Virus record (IMG/VR): IMGVR_UViG_3300050343_000214
Location: 32,001-96,000 of that record
DNA length: 64,000 bases
Origin: a virus
Reading direction: 5' to 3' (one strand)
The notes under the pieces were generated by a model. The model worked only from the letters and a program-made list of their open reading frames with translations. It was not told the DNA's origin and did not search any database. The position numbers and the translations under genes were made by a program. Shown one piece after another: positions 23,699 through 36,278 of this stretch. How positions within the stretch are numbered: position 1 is the stretch's first letter; each line of letters starts with the position of its first letter.

Positions 23699-26600
23699 AT
23701 GACTTATAATTCTAATACTAACAAATCTATAATTAGAGAAAACCAAAGCGCCCCTAGCTTAAGTTCGTCTTATGCCATTCAACAGGGAGCAAGAGAAAGT
23801 GGCTTATTTGCTCCTGAGCAACAGAGTTTCTTGGGTGCTAGCATTACAAACTTTAGCGTACAAAACGGTGATGGTTCTAGTCCATCATCTTTATCCGTAG
23901 AGCTTGTAGAAGATCCTGACTTTAACAATTATGTCAATGAGATATCTGGTGTTGGTGGCTTTGAGTATGACCCGTATCACAACGGATCTAGTGACAACTT
24001 CAATCCACCAGCTGTAGGTATGCCTGTCTTTTTTGTTTACGCGACTCCAAGAGCTAAAATCAAAGATGCGTTTTACCCAACTGGCGCCCTTCCTAATGGT
24101 GAATCTATTTTTAAATTTGGGGGCTTGCTACAAAGTTTTCATCAAACTAATTCTGTTGGTGGTAGGACTTTTTCAGTTACAGTTTCAGACCCAAGAGAGA
24201 TACTATCCAATATATATTTGATATTAAATCACTCCGACACAAAAGTTGGAGACGTTGAGAACAATGTATTTAATGTGTTTGGTTTTTTAGAATACAATCC
24301 TACAGACGACACAAGGGAAATGTTTAATGGTTATACCTCTAACGTCTTAAGAAGGAGTGGGGATGGAACACAGTTTGCTGGCGACGACATGTATTATAGC
24401 GCGGGAATACCCGCCTTGCCAGCTAATCAGCTGTATCCTACGCATTACTTTGAAAATACAGGTTATGACATACCAAGTTCCCCATAACTGGAACTGCAAT
24501 GTCTAGGCGTGGATCTTACGGAATGCCTTACTACAGGATAATGCAAGGCTTATCTGCAATGAGCGCTACGCTTCCACATGCAGAATATTCTGGATTTTGC
24601 TGGAGGTATATATTATAGAGGTATGACATTCAATTTAGTCTTTAATGGACTACCTCCCTGTTCCTCCTATGTATTGTTTCGATCAAGACAGCACTGATCT
24701 ATTATCATTTTTGATAGAGATAGCTGACGCCTCTGGCAGAGAAATATCCGTATCTTTGAGGCCATCTCAAACCAATTCGGCTACTTCTTTCTCTGGTGGT
24801 GATATCATAATTAATTTTATTGATAGAACTATGGAAAGTTCTGTGGGTCAGATACGTAATTTTATTAAAAATAATGTGCCACAATCTAAAGATCCGTCAA
24901 GCGGTGGATCGTCTTCTGAGTTTAGTCAAGCTGAAAAGGAAGATATTGGATATGAAGCTACTAATCCTGAAACTGGCAAGATAGTATTTGGTGGTAATAG
25001 GGTTGACTTATATGCATTTACTAGCAATCATGATGATGGCAGATATTTTAAACTAAACAACGGGCAAGTACCAGTCCAATGGATCTTACTTTGCTAACAA
25101 TCAATTCTTGCCGTACTATGGGAAGTTGTCTGAAAATGTTTTCAGTCCCGTTAGAGGGTCTGGGGATTGGAGGCAAATATTATTAGACTCCAGTGGGCTG
25201 GGTGCGTTTGGGGTTGGCAACTATTACATTGCGACAGAAGTTGAATTGAGATACGCTGCAAAAAACTTTAAGGCTTGGAAAAGTTTTCTGGAGTTCTTTG
25301 ATCAACAAGTACCTGACCAAGCTAGTAACTAATCCAAGAGTCTAGATATCAAGATGTGTTTAGAGACGGTGGGGCGACTAAGAGTGCAGGATTCTGACGG
25401 GGTGCGCGTTAGAGGTCTGAAAGTTCCTAGATGCTTATTCACTAACGATACAGGTTTTGAAGACGGAGTGCCTAAAAATCCTTGTTCTCCACCTTTTGGT
25501 TTTCCTCTTTACTATGGAAGATCTAACTCTATAGGACTATCATTAGACGGTCTTATTGATCCTCGGTTTAGTGTTCTTGCTGATTTAAACAGGGTTAAAC
25601 AGTCTTCCGGTGAAGACATACAGGTGGTAGTAAATTATCTTATTGACAAGTATACTAAACTAAGAAATTTGAGAGGTATTAGTCAAGCAGAAGAAGACTT
25701 GTTAGAAAGTCTAGAAGAAGGAAATCTTAATCCAGAGTACTTACAAAGAGCTTCTGAGTCTCTTTCCAAGCAAGTATACACAGCTAAGTCTGCGGAATTT
25801 AGCAAAAACAGAAAAGAGAATGTACAGAAAATATATAACTTTGTTAGATCGGTAGCTACACAATGCTATGGTAAGAAATTTCTAGTTAGAATACCGAACA
25901 AGCCCAACTACAAGTTTGCTTCAGGTACTGCTACTGGAGTAGAGCTTAACGGCAATAAAAGCATTTACAAAAAAGGATATTTTGGTTTTCCCCCAAGGTC
26001 TTCTGTGTCCGGTTCAGACTTGAGCGGTGCAGCTGGTGGTGACGATATTTCATTTGTTTACAATTCCAATGACACCAATATTAATAACGATCAATCTAAA
26101 TTTCATAGAGCATTAATAACTAATTACAATCCTATAGATGCTGCTTTAGCACATAACTTTACTCCCAATGCAGCTGGTGGATTTTTAACTAAAAGCGCAT
26201 ATGCGACAGGGCTTAAAAGTGCATTAATACCTAGAGATTTAAGTTCCTTTGGTACTTCCTATAGGATACAAGGTTATGCTAGATATGATCACGCTGAATA
26301 TTTAAATATACCCAGTACTGATTGTTATACTGAAAAAGTCGGAGATGATCCAAATAGGAAAAACGCCATACCAAATAAAATAGCTGGAACAGATGAATTT
26401 GAGGCTCGGGTTAGTGGGGAAACTATGCTAGGTTTCATGCCTATAGAATTAGATGAAAAATATTATTTTCCAGCACAGACTGTTTCACGTACTGTTAAAA
26501 GATACGGTACAAACTTAAGAAGCAAAGTCTACTATGTGGCAGAAGCTCAAACTCCAGATGAGGATGGGAAACTGCCAGAGAATGCAACTTTAGAATCAAA

Positions 26601-27861
26601 AATAGAATTAATACCAAACTACAAATCTAATCACACACAATCTATAGTAGATTTTCCAAGAGACAGTATAGGCAAAATTATACCTTATCCAGATACATCT
26701 AGAGCTTACGCTCTGATTACTTTGCCAGAAAAGGTCACTGTCAAAAGAGACAACGTTGGAGACATACCGATTCGTAACCATTTTAAGGCGGCAACTTATA
26801 TAAATCATTTCGGAGACGATGCGTCAATAAATACAGTTACACACGTAAAGACAAACAAAAGATTAGATTTTGCTAATCAAGGCGCTTCTCTTACATTCTT
26901 TAACCCCAATAGGTTGTTTAGCTCTCCTAAAGGTTTGCCCCCAGACGTTGTTGTGTTGCCATTAGAAAATGAGCAGGCTTGCTATGGACCTTGGTATACT
27001 GGTCCCGTTAGAGTTAAAAATGATGATGATACCTACAGTTATAAGGTGATTAAAAACTCTGGAGGTAAGGTTAATATTGAGATGGATGAAAGTTTGACCC
27101 CTTGGAACTTTGGGTCATATGAGCTGATGAATGTAGCTGGCATGGCTAGGACAGAAGTTATTAATACTTTGTATTTTGCGTCAGAAAAAGGATCTATCAC
27201 TTTTCCCGGTATGCCTTTTGGTATCTTTGAAATAGGAGATATCGCTGCAAATTCGGGGCCAATACTAGACAGTATAAGTTTTGATATAGGCGTGGGTGGA
27301 GTTCACACTAGCTATAGATTTCAAACATATACTAGAAGTTTTGGAGCTATGAAAAAACAACAACAGAAATCTTTGGATTTAATGAAGACGCAATCTTTAA
27401 AAGCTGGCAAAGCTAATTTTGATTTATTCACTAAGGGGATAATAAAATCTAAATTTAGCGGCGCACTTCCCAAAAGACAATTTAAGCCTTACGAGTCTTT
27501 TTACGAAGAGCCAAGCAGTAGCACTACAGACACTGAAATTGTATCCTTAGTACCAGCTGTTAATCCAGCTGATCCCAGAGGGGACTCTTTTACAAAACTA
27601 ACGCCTCAAGCGGCTAATGTTTCTTCAGAAGGTCTGCAAGCAAGCATAGAAGGTTCAGAAGATATTACATCTTTAGCGGAAGAGAATTACAATTCTGCAA
27701 TAAAACAATCTTCAGACGGAAAGGTTGTTGTTTCTATGGAGCCTCACGCTAGCGTCCCGTCTGTAGATATAGGAAATGCTGAATCGTTAGAGTCGTTGTA
27801 TCAACAACCCACCGATTCGTATGATTTAGACAATATAACACTCAGTTATTGGAGGACATAA
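23699..27861 (+). CDS. Baseplate hub/tail-tip-like protein (indels at 24.5-25.35 kb)
   Basis: Four fragments join into ~1385 codons; N-terminal SLSVELVED...FGGLLQS...FSVTVSDPR and C-terminal GSITFPG...LDSISFDIG segments resemble hub proteins. Confidence 0.5.
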
Positions 27862-27862
27862 A

Positions 27863-30800
27863 ATGGCGAGTCAAGGAAACTTTTTTAGCTCTACTTCACA
27901 AAATCATCAGTTTCTTACTAATGATCCCGTGTTTTTAAAATATGGTTCTGGTAGTTTTACTAAGAAAAGTATTAAAAATGTTTTAAAAGGTATGAGGGAT
28001 GACGGTGATAATATATCAGATGAGGAATTCTACAAAGACCATCTAGAGGGAATAGCAGATGATGGCTTAACCATTGACATTATTAATAATGCAAACAGTG
28101 GTTCTTGGGTTGGTAAAGAATTTGTCGATGCTAATAATTCTTATAGCGACGTAACCTACACCTTTCAAGAGGTAATAGATTTAGTAGATACTTTTGAAGA
28201 AAAAATAAAAGACTTAACTAAGAAGCACGAAGACAAAGATACTGCTGTACAAAAAAGAACCGATGCAAAAAATTGGATATCTGCTAACATTGATACGTTT
28301 AAAACTGGAGAGCAAGAATGCTTACAGTTACACGGAACACTTTTTTATGATAAAGACTTAGACGACAACGGTAGTCAAAAAGAGTATTGGACTAAAATAT
28401 TTTTCTACATGCCTAAAGAAAGAAACAATGAAAGGGTTGTAGCCACCAAGGGAAAGACAGTTATATCAGACGTTGGCACTCGCGCTACTGGAGCCAAGTA
28501 TTCAACCAGCAAAACTAAATCAGCGTTATCAAGACACCATCCGGGCCTGTATATTAACGCTGATGCTATAGATGCTTCCAGCCTAGACGATCTTGCTTCA
28601 GGGCCATTACGATTATCTTACAATAATAGTCTTGGGATGTGGGAATCTTCTCAATGTATATTAGCTAGACTTATTACTGACTTGGCGCCAGCCGGTAACA
28701 ATCCGTTCACTATGCCGGATGAAACGAATGGTTACTTGTCTGATCCCGATGAGGCGGCAGCGTTTTATAACAAAGGGTCTGAATTCTATACTGGCAATTT
28801 TAGTACTGGGTTAGCAGTTCCTGTCAATGCTGAAAATAAAAATCCACATTTGTTTGGTCCTAATTTTAACATGGATGAATATGGCGAAAAATCAATAGAA
28901 AGAATCATGGTCGTTAACAGGGCAGAAAAAGAGTTTACTGCTGGCACGTTGATAATGTGTACTTTGATTGGGGCAGAGTGGATAGTTTCTGAATTTAGCA
29001 CAGCTGGTCAGGGATTTCCTACTAGAATGGGAGCTTGGACTTTCTCTAAATTTATTGCTAACTCAGATAATTATTTCAGAAGCAATGATGAAACAGACAG
29101 AATGTGGGACATAAATACATATGAAGACAGAGCTAGAAAGAGATGGTATGAAGATTGGAAGACATCAGTTGCTGATGGATCAGAATCTCATTTGGGATTT
29201 CACAACATTGCAACAATCGCTACAGACAACGGAGCGGAAAATGTTCCATTCAATCCCAGCTGTGGTTATCAAATGTGTACATCTTTTGATACAGCTAAAT
29301 ATCATAAAGACACTAAGATAAATTTTGATGAAATAATGTCAGACACTCAGGGAGATCCACAGGGCAATCACCTTCCTATATTTTGGGGTCCGGTTCTTCC
29401 AGATGGATACAATTCTAAAGCTCCCACTATAGGTGAAGCTGGCGCGTCTTTTGGTATCAATAGTGACAAATATTTCTACTCTACAGACTATCTAGATGAA
29501 ATGAATATCCCAGCGGACATGGCTGTTAACGGACCCTACAGTGAAGATTATAATACGTCTCCCATACTTCCGCTAGATTACTGGCAAGAAAAACTTTTTG
29601 GTGGTGGAAGTCTTTACAGTAATGCTAAAAGCTATAGAAACGAAATATTTGCTTCTCAAACTTACAAAAATGGTTTTGGGTTTCAACCTAAAAATCCAAA
29701 CAGACTTCAATTTGCTCCACTTACTATGGAGATGGTAATTAATACAGACGAAGATCAAGCAGATGAATCTAATCCAAATTACGACAATGGATTTACAGGC
29801 GGCGGTAAGGTTGCGATGTATAATAACTGGAGGCAAGCGTATGGTAATGAAAACATGTTTGGCTTTATGTTTGACAGATATAGCTGTGTTGCAAAACAAG
29901 CCAAGCAAATACAGTACGACAAAAAGGTTGAATTTAAACCTTTAAGTACTCCGTATAATTATTGGTATACTCTATTTAGAGACCAAGAAAATGAACAAAC
30001 ACAAGGCTTGAATCTTACAGCGGTCACGGCTGCTATCAACAGAATATCGCGCCCCGGTGGTGGAGAAGTTAATATTGAGGTTGCGCAACAATTTGGTACA
30101 ACACCCGCAAGAACAGTTTCAGGTGGACAGAATGCTTCTTTTAATGGAGTGGCTGCTTTCTTTGGTGTACCGTCCATGACTCCCGCTACTCCTCCAAGTA
30201 GCAATACTTTTACTCAGTGGGGTAGCGTTACAGATAAATATAATACAGCTGGGACAACAGCTCTTCACTGTAGAGCGTTTGATGCTTGGCCTCGTAGAGA
30301 TACTATATGGGATACGAGATTCTTTTCTGCTCTCCATTTCAATCCAGATTTAGAAGATGAAGACGGCAGGACAGATGTAGACTTTCAAGTTCCCACATTG
30401 TCTTGAGTGGAGGATTTCCTTCAGATGGTGCTTCTATCACCGCTGCCGATGAAGCTAGTTATAAAGACAAGAAAGATTGGACGTATGATAAAATACGCAG
30501 AGGAAAGCTTCTCACTAATGGTGGATTTAAATATAATAAATTAACTATTGGTCTAGACCCATCTAGCCTTGTAATAGCTAAAGCTGGCGAAACTGGCGTG
30601 TCTGGATTTGTTGATAATGATAGAAATGAATATAAGTTTTATGTAAACGTTACTGATGGCGCAGTACAATCTGTGGATTTTAACGCTTCTGATTCTTTGG
30701 GTGTTTCATTAGAAGGTGTAGATTTAAGTCCCTAATGCGTTCTCGGGCGCTTATGTTGATGATGACGGAACGACACACAATGGTTTTATCGTCAGGTACG

Positions 30801-31086
30801 CAGATGCTGTCCTTATATTTCAAGGGAAGGTCAGGCTCGTTAAAAGGCAAGATAATGGGCCTACGGAACACGGTGGAGTTGTCAGATGTACAGCTAGCAG
30901 CAAACTACGGGCAAGGTCAAGTAAGTGGCACAACCAGCGCTTCTTTGGCGTTAGATCCTAATAAATACAGGGAAATACGACGTTTATTTCTTCTTTCATA
31001 ATGACATTTCACACACGTATCAGAGCGCCGACTACAATCCCTTTATGTCAAATGGATTACAGTACGTGGTAGCTAATATAACTTAA
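27863..31086 (+). CDS. Large tail-associated hypothetical protein (indels after 30400)
   Basis: 847-aa ORF continues through the 30403 and 30735 fragments to ...YVVANIT*. Confidence 0.5.
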
Positions 31087-31091
31087 TTTTG

Positions 31092-31101
31092 GTGTATATA
31101 A
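31092..31101 (+). promoter_or_regulatory. Putative phage promoter motif GTGTATATAA
   Basis: Intergenic, ~35 bp upstream of the 31136 ATG, which has a GGAG RBS. Confidence 0.45.
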
Positions 31102-31135
31102 CTATGTTTCATACCTTTTTACGGAGATTTTAACA

Positions 31136-31888
31136 ATGGCAGAGATCAAATTTATGGCAAATATCAAGGGCGCAGCAGCAACAGCTGACTCTAATTTGCT
31201 AAACCACACTGGGAGTAATGGTGAGGAGAAGCAAGGGCTAGGATTTTATGGCTTGGCTCATGGCTTGTCTGTTCCGGTTGGTAGCGTTCAAGACACTACT
31301 TTTGTGACCAACGAAACTGGAACAGCAGTCGGCTCGCAACTAAACAATACGGCTATGTCTTCTCTTGGAGATGGTAGCACGGTTGGCGAAGTAAAAGTAA
31401 ACAATTCAGCGGCAATTGATCTAAACAAATTGCCTAATTATTTATGCCCACTTAATCTGAGATTTACAAACGACGATGCAGTTAGAGTTCAAGAATGTAA
31501 GTTGCGTGTCTTTAACAAGAGCGACATTGATACGCCTGCTCAGGGTGTAACTACTTACGTCTTTGAGGCTAGGCATCCATCGAATCTTCAGACTGTAGGA
31601 AATCTCAACCATAGAGGTAGATCAGATAACAGCTGGGTTGAGTTCAGTTCTTCTACCGCCAACAACGCAGGGCAAGTTGTTGACATGGTAATGACACCAT
31701 CTCCGGGTGCGAGCGGAGTAAATACTGACAACCAAGACAGTGATACTGCCTTGGGCTATAGCACCACTGAGGGAGTTACACACGCCAGCACTCAGCACGA
31801 TTGGTATGTCGCTCTCAGCGCAGAACCTGAAAGCATTGGAAGCAAAGAGAATTACGCTCTGTATTTTACATTAGAATACTTGTCGTAA
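31136..31888 (+). CDS. Hypothetical beta-rich, probably structural, protein
   Basis: Intact 250-aa ORF with RBS; last + strand gene of the module. Confidence 0.6.
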   Translation: MAEIKFMANIKGAAATADSNLLNHTGSNGEEKQGLGFYGLAHGLSVPVGSVQDTTFVTNETGTAVGSQLNNTAMSSLGDGSTVGEVKVNNSAAIDLNKLPNYLCPLNLRFTNDDAVRVQECKLRVFNKSDIDTPAQGVTTYVFEARHPSNLQTVGNLNHRGRSDNSWVEFSSSTANNAGQVVDMVMTPSPGASGVNTDNQDSDTALGYSTTEGVTHASTQHDWYVALSAEPESIGSKENYALYFTLEYLS

Positions 31889-31914
31889 TTTTTTTATTAG
31901 GTATGAAACAAGAT

Positions 31915-31952
31915 AGCTACCCACCCCTTGCGGGGTAGGTAGCTTTTTCTTT
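31915..31952. terminator. Intrinsic terminator, probably bidirectional
   Basis: AGCTACC-C-ACCCC/TTGC/GGGGT-A-GGTAGCT hairpin followed by a T tract, at the convergence of the two gene blocks. Confidence 0.8.
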
Positions 31953-32295
31953 ATTCGTTGGTCTTCGTCTTGGGATTCCATTTAACCCAACCGTTATCAG
32001 GAAGCCAATCGTCTCCATCCTTACGTTTAGGGAATAGACCGCCGCCCTTCTTCATTGAACCAAACGCCAACTTAGCGCCACAGTCCATGCAGCGCAATTC
32101 AAAATACTCATTCTCGTCTACGTTTCTTACGACGAACTTGATGTTTTCTGATCCACACTTTCCACACTTAGCTTCCTCAAATACTTCTTGAAATCTTGAA
32201 ATTTGAGTAAACAACTCTCGTTGTGTGTCTGCATCAAATTCTGCTGTAATTCTTTTATTTGCTGTTGTATAACTAATCTTCATTATGATCTCCAC
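31951..32295 (-). CDS. Zinc-ribbon hypothetical protein
   Basis: CGKC...CMDC pairs. Confidence 0.65.
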   Translation of the reverse strand: MEIIMKISYTTANKRITAEFDADTQRELFTQISRFQEVFEEAKCGKCGSENIKFVVRNVDENEYFELRCMDCGAKLAFGSMKKGGGLFPKRKDGDDWLPDNGWVKWNPKTKTNE

Positions 32296-32319
32296 TCTTC
32301 ATTGTATCCAGCGACATTG

Positions 32320-33051
32320 CTAGGAATAGAAACTCTTGTCACGCTGATACTCATTAAGACGATCAATGATATCGCTTGCGACTTTCTTTGAAATTTTCTT
32401 ACTATGGCTAACATTAAATACTTCAGCAAGTAATTTAGAACCATCTACGTTCAATTGCTTGCATTTAATATCAATGAAATTTGATTGAGCATCGCTCATT
32501 CGTCCTTGATCGTTGTAGTCACCGCCCGAACTATTAGTTTGCTTAGAGAGATCTCTGACTATTTTAGCGGTATCTTTCTTGGTTAGTTCTTCTGCTGCGA
32601 CACCCTTAATCTTTAACACTTTGCGTAAAGCTCTAGCTTCTGCTCTAGTACTGGCAATAGCCACAGCGAATGCGCAAAACATATCGTCCGTATTACCCTC
32701 CCATGAATCTGCTACTTCTGAACACTTCAGACCGTTAGCAAATTCTATAGTAAATATGACCGTAGCCCTGCCGTGATGATCGTCACGATCTGTGGGTTTT
32801 ACCCACGTTGGACCACTAAAAGCCATTGGCCCCAGAACAAGCTCAGACACCCTCCTAAGCCCTGTTACAAGAGGATGACCATTCACTAGCTCATCTTCCT
32901 GAAAGAGCGTCATGGCGTAATCATGCCACTCTGGAGACAACATGCTGGGGGCGTCTTCAGATATTACATCTTTGACGCTAGTATCAGTATTTGACGCTGT
33001 ATTCAACCCAACTTCTTCAAATAAATTCTCACTCATTATCTGTCCTTTCAT
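32320..33051 (-). CDS. Single-strand annealing protein (Rad52/Sak-like)
   Basis: AIASTRAEARALRKVLKI..AAEEL motif and C-terminal SDAQ..FI helical module; 3' end probably affected by an indel. Confidence 0.55.
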   Translation of the reverse strand: MKGQIMSENLFEEVGLNTASNTDTSVKDVISEDAPSMLSPEWHDYAMTLFQEDELVNGHPLVTGLRRVSELVLGPMAFSGPTWVKPTDRDDHHGRATVIFTIEFANGLKCSEVADSWEGNTDDMFCAFAVAIASTRAEARALRKVLKIKGVAAEELTKKDTAKIVRDLSKQTNSSGGDYNDQGRMSDAQSNFIDIKCKQLNVDGSKLLAEVFNVSHSKKISKKVASDIIDRLNEYQRDKSFYS

Positions 33052-33815
33052 ATCTTTATTTCAATATAACGTTCTGATTTCTTAGGAAATTTAGTCTCAA
33101 TACCATGTAGCATATCTATAATATTATTCTTTAGCTTCTCCTTGTCGTCCAATGATAGCGAGTCTGACATAATCTTTACTCTTATTATAGCAAACCCCTT
33201 GCTTAAAATCAACCCTGTTTTTTGTTCGTCTGCTTTTATTTGTTTCTGTAGCTTCTCTTCCCCCCATATAGGAAGAAAGTGAGAGGGTCCGTCTATTTCT
33301 AATATCGTCTTTAGCGCTGGAAAATATAAATCTATTTCTAAGCGCTCGTTTACAATCAGGTTTCTTTTGTGTTGTTCTGACTTTATATTAGCTCTTGTTA
33401 TTTCTTTATACAAAAATTTTTCTAGTTTAGACCCCTCCTTGCCCGCTGCCTGTATAGCCTTTATGGATAAAGCCCGCATAGTCTTCTTGTGTTCCTCGCT
33501 CATCCCTTCCCACCTTCTCTTTGCGGCCTTGACGTACTCCGCATATTTCTCCTCGCTCATTTCTGACCAAGCCTTTTTTCTTCCTCTGCTTATTTTTAAT
33601 TTTTCATCTTTAGTTCTCTTTTTACCTAGAGTGGGTATCTTAGAACTTCCATTATCTAAAGCATTTTTCTGAGCTTCGCTTCTCGTCTTCAGTGGTACTT
33701 TATTTTTTACAAGTATCCTGCGCACCTTATTAGGATAAGTACTAAAGTGTTTAGCTATTTCGTATGTGCTTTTTTGTTTTTCAGTGTACATTTGTACTAT
33801 TTGTTTTTCATCCAT
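33048..33815 (-). CDS. NUMOD3 + Vsr/DUF559-type endonuclease (homing-endonuclease-like)
   Basis: N-terminal HTH, GKKRTKDEKLKIS motif, C-terminal EIDLY..ILEIDGPSH...D..K. Confidence 0.7.
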   Translation of the reverse strand: MDEKQIVQMYTEKQKSTYEIAKHFSTYPNKVRRILVKNKVPLKTRSEAQKNALDNGSSKIPTLGKKRTKDEKLKISRGRKKAWSEMSEEKYAEYVKAAKRRWEGMSEEHKKTMRALSIKAIQAAGKEGSKLEKFLYKEITRANIKSEQHKRNLIVNERLEIDLYFPALKTILEIDGPSHFLPIWGEEKLQKQIKADEQKTGLILSKGFAIIRVKIMSDSLSLDDKEKLKNNIIDMLHGIETKFPKKSERYIEIKI

Positions 33816-34245
33816 TGTTCAGTTCCTGAATTAGAGATGGTATATCTGTAATAGATGACAAGTTAATATTGTCACCTAACAACCTTTTGTATTCTTTTGT
33901 CTTTGAGCTATCCATCGAGATAGCTTTAAATGAATTATGTTTGATTAACAACAATCCTAAGTCTACTGGCTCATAATCTATCATATATATTGGATTGATA
34001 TTAGATGGTATGCTAGCCAATTGAATAATTTTTTGCAAAGAAAATGCTAATACGATACCCCTGTAGCTCCAGAGGTTGCTAGAGTCAATCATTGGTATGT
34101 TTAACGACTTAGACGCATCGGTAATTCTATCATGTATAATACATACATCAAATTCCTGCCCCGTCTGTTCAAATATTTTATTACATATTTCTAATTGCTG
34201 TTTGTTGGTCAGGTCAGCGCAAATTCCCAAGTTATTTCTAGACAT
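33808..34245 (-). CDS. Hypothetical protein at the end of the glycosyltransferase cluster
   Basis: Intact ORF co-oriented with the cluster; no catalytic motif recognised. Confidence 0.5.
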   Translation of the reverse strand: MSRNNLGICADLTNKQQLEICNKIFEQTGQEFDVCIIHDRITDASKSLNIPMIDSSNLWSYRGIVLAFSLQKIIQLASIPSNINPIYMIDYEPVDLGLLLIKHNSFKAISMDSSKTKEYKRLLGDNINLSSITDIPSLIQELNNG

Positions 34246-34253
34246 TATTTTAC

Positions 34254-35135
34254 CTATATTTTCTGTGTAACGTCGTGCAGTTTTCCAACATTCGAGAACA
34301 GGGTTTTAATTCTATTCTTAGGTGAGTGTTTTGCTAATATTACTTCTCTCATTGCCTTAGTGTCATACTTTTCTTTCTTATCGTAATCTATGTTAATCTC
34401 CGTTTTGAGTAACTTAGACAGTGCGGAATTTACATTAGCTAATGCATCTTTATCTTCTACATCTAGGTAGACTTGATTACCAAAATACAATGCGTTCCAA
34501 AAAACTTCTGGTATGTTTTGGTGATCTATATTTCTAAAAACAATATTCTTATAATTTACAAACATTTTTGCGGACACGAAGTTGTTAGTATATGCATCGG
34601 CCCCTGATGTTTTGTCTGTGTTGAAAGTGTTTAAAAAGTGACAACTTCCCTTGTATTCTTTTTTGTCTGCCGCCCTTTCTATAATAACTGCTGTGTCAAT
34701 ATCAAATTTTTTGGGATGTATATCTATATTCGTGTCCGCACAATTAGGTATGTTTACATAAGGATGCCCAAAGTCAATATTCTTGTGGGCAAGGTTTGAA
34801 CTAAACACTAGTGCGCATTCTAATTTATTTTCTTTTATTTCGCCCTTGAGAAAACTTCCCACCATCTTAGCCTCTTCGTGAGTTATATAATCAATATTTA
34901 ATATGTGCTTTACTTTAGTTTTAGACTCATGATTATACGCAACGATGTTCTCTATTTCTGCTCCCACATTAATGATTGAGTAGTCTGGCTGAAACTCGTC
35001 GTAAACAAGAAATATATCATTAGCGTTCGGGAATAAGATAGATTGACAATCATCTATAGAATTCAAGAACTTATGAAAGTATAGGGGTTGTGTTAAAACA
35101 GTAGAACTGTAGTTCATTATAGAAAATTTTGTCAT
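34254..35135 (-). CDS. Hypothetical protein, possibly a degenerate GT-B fold
   Basis: DEFQPDY, IPNCAD and C-terminal AKHSPKNRIKTL segments resemble CgeB/GT-B-type proteins. Confidence 0.4.
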   Translation of the reverse strand: MTKFSIMNYSSTVLTQPLYFHKFLNSIDDCQSILFPNANDIFLVYDEFQPDYSIINVGAEIENIVAYNHESKTKVKHILNIDYITHEEAKMVGSFLKGEIKENKLECALVFSSNLAHKNIDFGHPYVNIPNCADTNIDIHPKKFDIDTAVIIERAADKKEYKGSCHFLNTFNTDKTSGADAYTNNFVSAKMFVNYKNIVFRNIDHQNIPEVFWNALYFGNQVYLDVEDKDALANVNSALSKLLKTEINIDYDKKEKYDTKAMREVILAKHSPKNRIKTLFSNVGKLHDVTQKI

Positions 35136-35868
35136 TTGTTGTCCTGACCTTTGGTTAAATTTATTTTCTTAACAGCCTTATTGTCTTCCACTGGTTTAAT
35201 AGCTATTTTTTTATGGGACACTAGAGTGTTTACTATTTCATACAAAACTTTGTTTTTATAGTCATTAGATGTCACTAGTTTTCTGAATTCATTAGCTGGA
35301 GAGCCGTTATGTATATAAAATATTTCACACCACTTACAATCTATTGCGCCGTAACAAATATACTCAATAGACATGTTCTTTCCATCTACGTTTACGCCTA
35401 TATCTAAATTTGTACCACTACTTCTAGACACCATCGTTTCGCATTGTTTTAGTGGCATTTGTTTTAAACTGTTTTTGTCAAAAGATACACCGCCATTAAT
35501 TACTAATATATTATCATTACTCGTGTTGTTAACCGCTATTCTTAAGGATTCGCATAGCCCAGTATCTTCATAGCTTGTGTATTCTCCACGCATCTTATAT
35601 TTATATGTTTATATTTAGTAGACACATAAGATTGTATTTTTTGAGCTTCGTATCCTGAGCTAATAATTATCTCTACATTTTCAAATGCTTCTCTTATACA
35701 TTCGATATGATGGTCTATAATTTTTTTGTTCTTCCTTATGTCTATCAGTGCAATGCTGCCTAAAGACTTCATGCGTGTAATGAAGCTATGGTATATCAGG
35801 ATCACGGTAACTAAGCCTTGAGTAGTCTTAGTTTTTCTTGTAGATGTTACATACTTGTAGGAGGTCAT
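35132..35868 (-). CDS. Nucleotidyltransferase-like protein (LicC/GlmU N-terminal fold), degenerate; indel at ~35575
   Basis: VTVILI....RMKSLG..ALI...IIDHHI...IIISSGY...VEN..YEDTG..ESL...ILVING. Confidence 0.6.
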
Positions 35869-36278
35869 GATTTTGTGACTACTATAGTATAAGTCTCCTC
35901 TTCCAACGATGATGATAAAATTGTCATACCACACCCTCTCAATATGTTCATTGTCATATCAAACCTGTGTAGATTCTTTTTTCCTAAAATGAAAGAATTA
36001 AAGTCTATGTTTTTCTTTCTTTCAAATGTAGCCTTGCACAATGAGGTTAGCTCTGTGTCTGAAAAGACTGCTTGTCCACCTTTTCTAAGTTTAGTTGCGA
36101 CATACGCAATTGTTTCTTGCATTTTATTGGGTTCTACATAGCATAAAACATGGTCTATAATAAACTGTTCTGCGCTATGGTTGGGTATGGTCTTTACTTC
36201 CAAGTTGTCTACATCTACATGAGTGTAGTTATTAAGTCTTTTGTGTTGCGTGTCTTTGTTGATTAGTTGACATTTCAT
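35865..36278 (-). CDS. Truncated class I SAM methyltransferase-like protein
   Basis: HVLCYV...KLRKGG segment; no clear glycine-rich SAM loop. Confidence 0.45.
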   Translation of the reverse strand: MKCQLINKDTQHKRLNNYTHVDVDNLEVKTIPNHSAEQFIIDHVLCYVEPNKMQETIAYVATKLRKGGQAVFSDTELTSLCKATFERKKNIDFNSFILGKKNLHRFDMTMNILRGCGMTILSSSLEEETYTIVVTKS

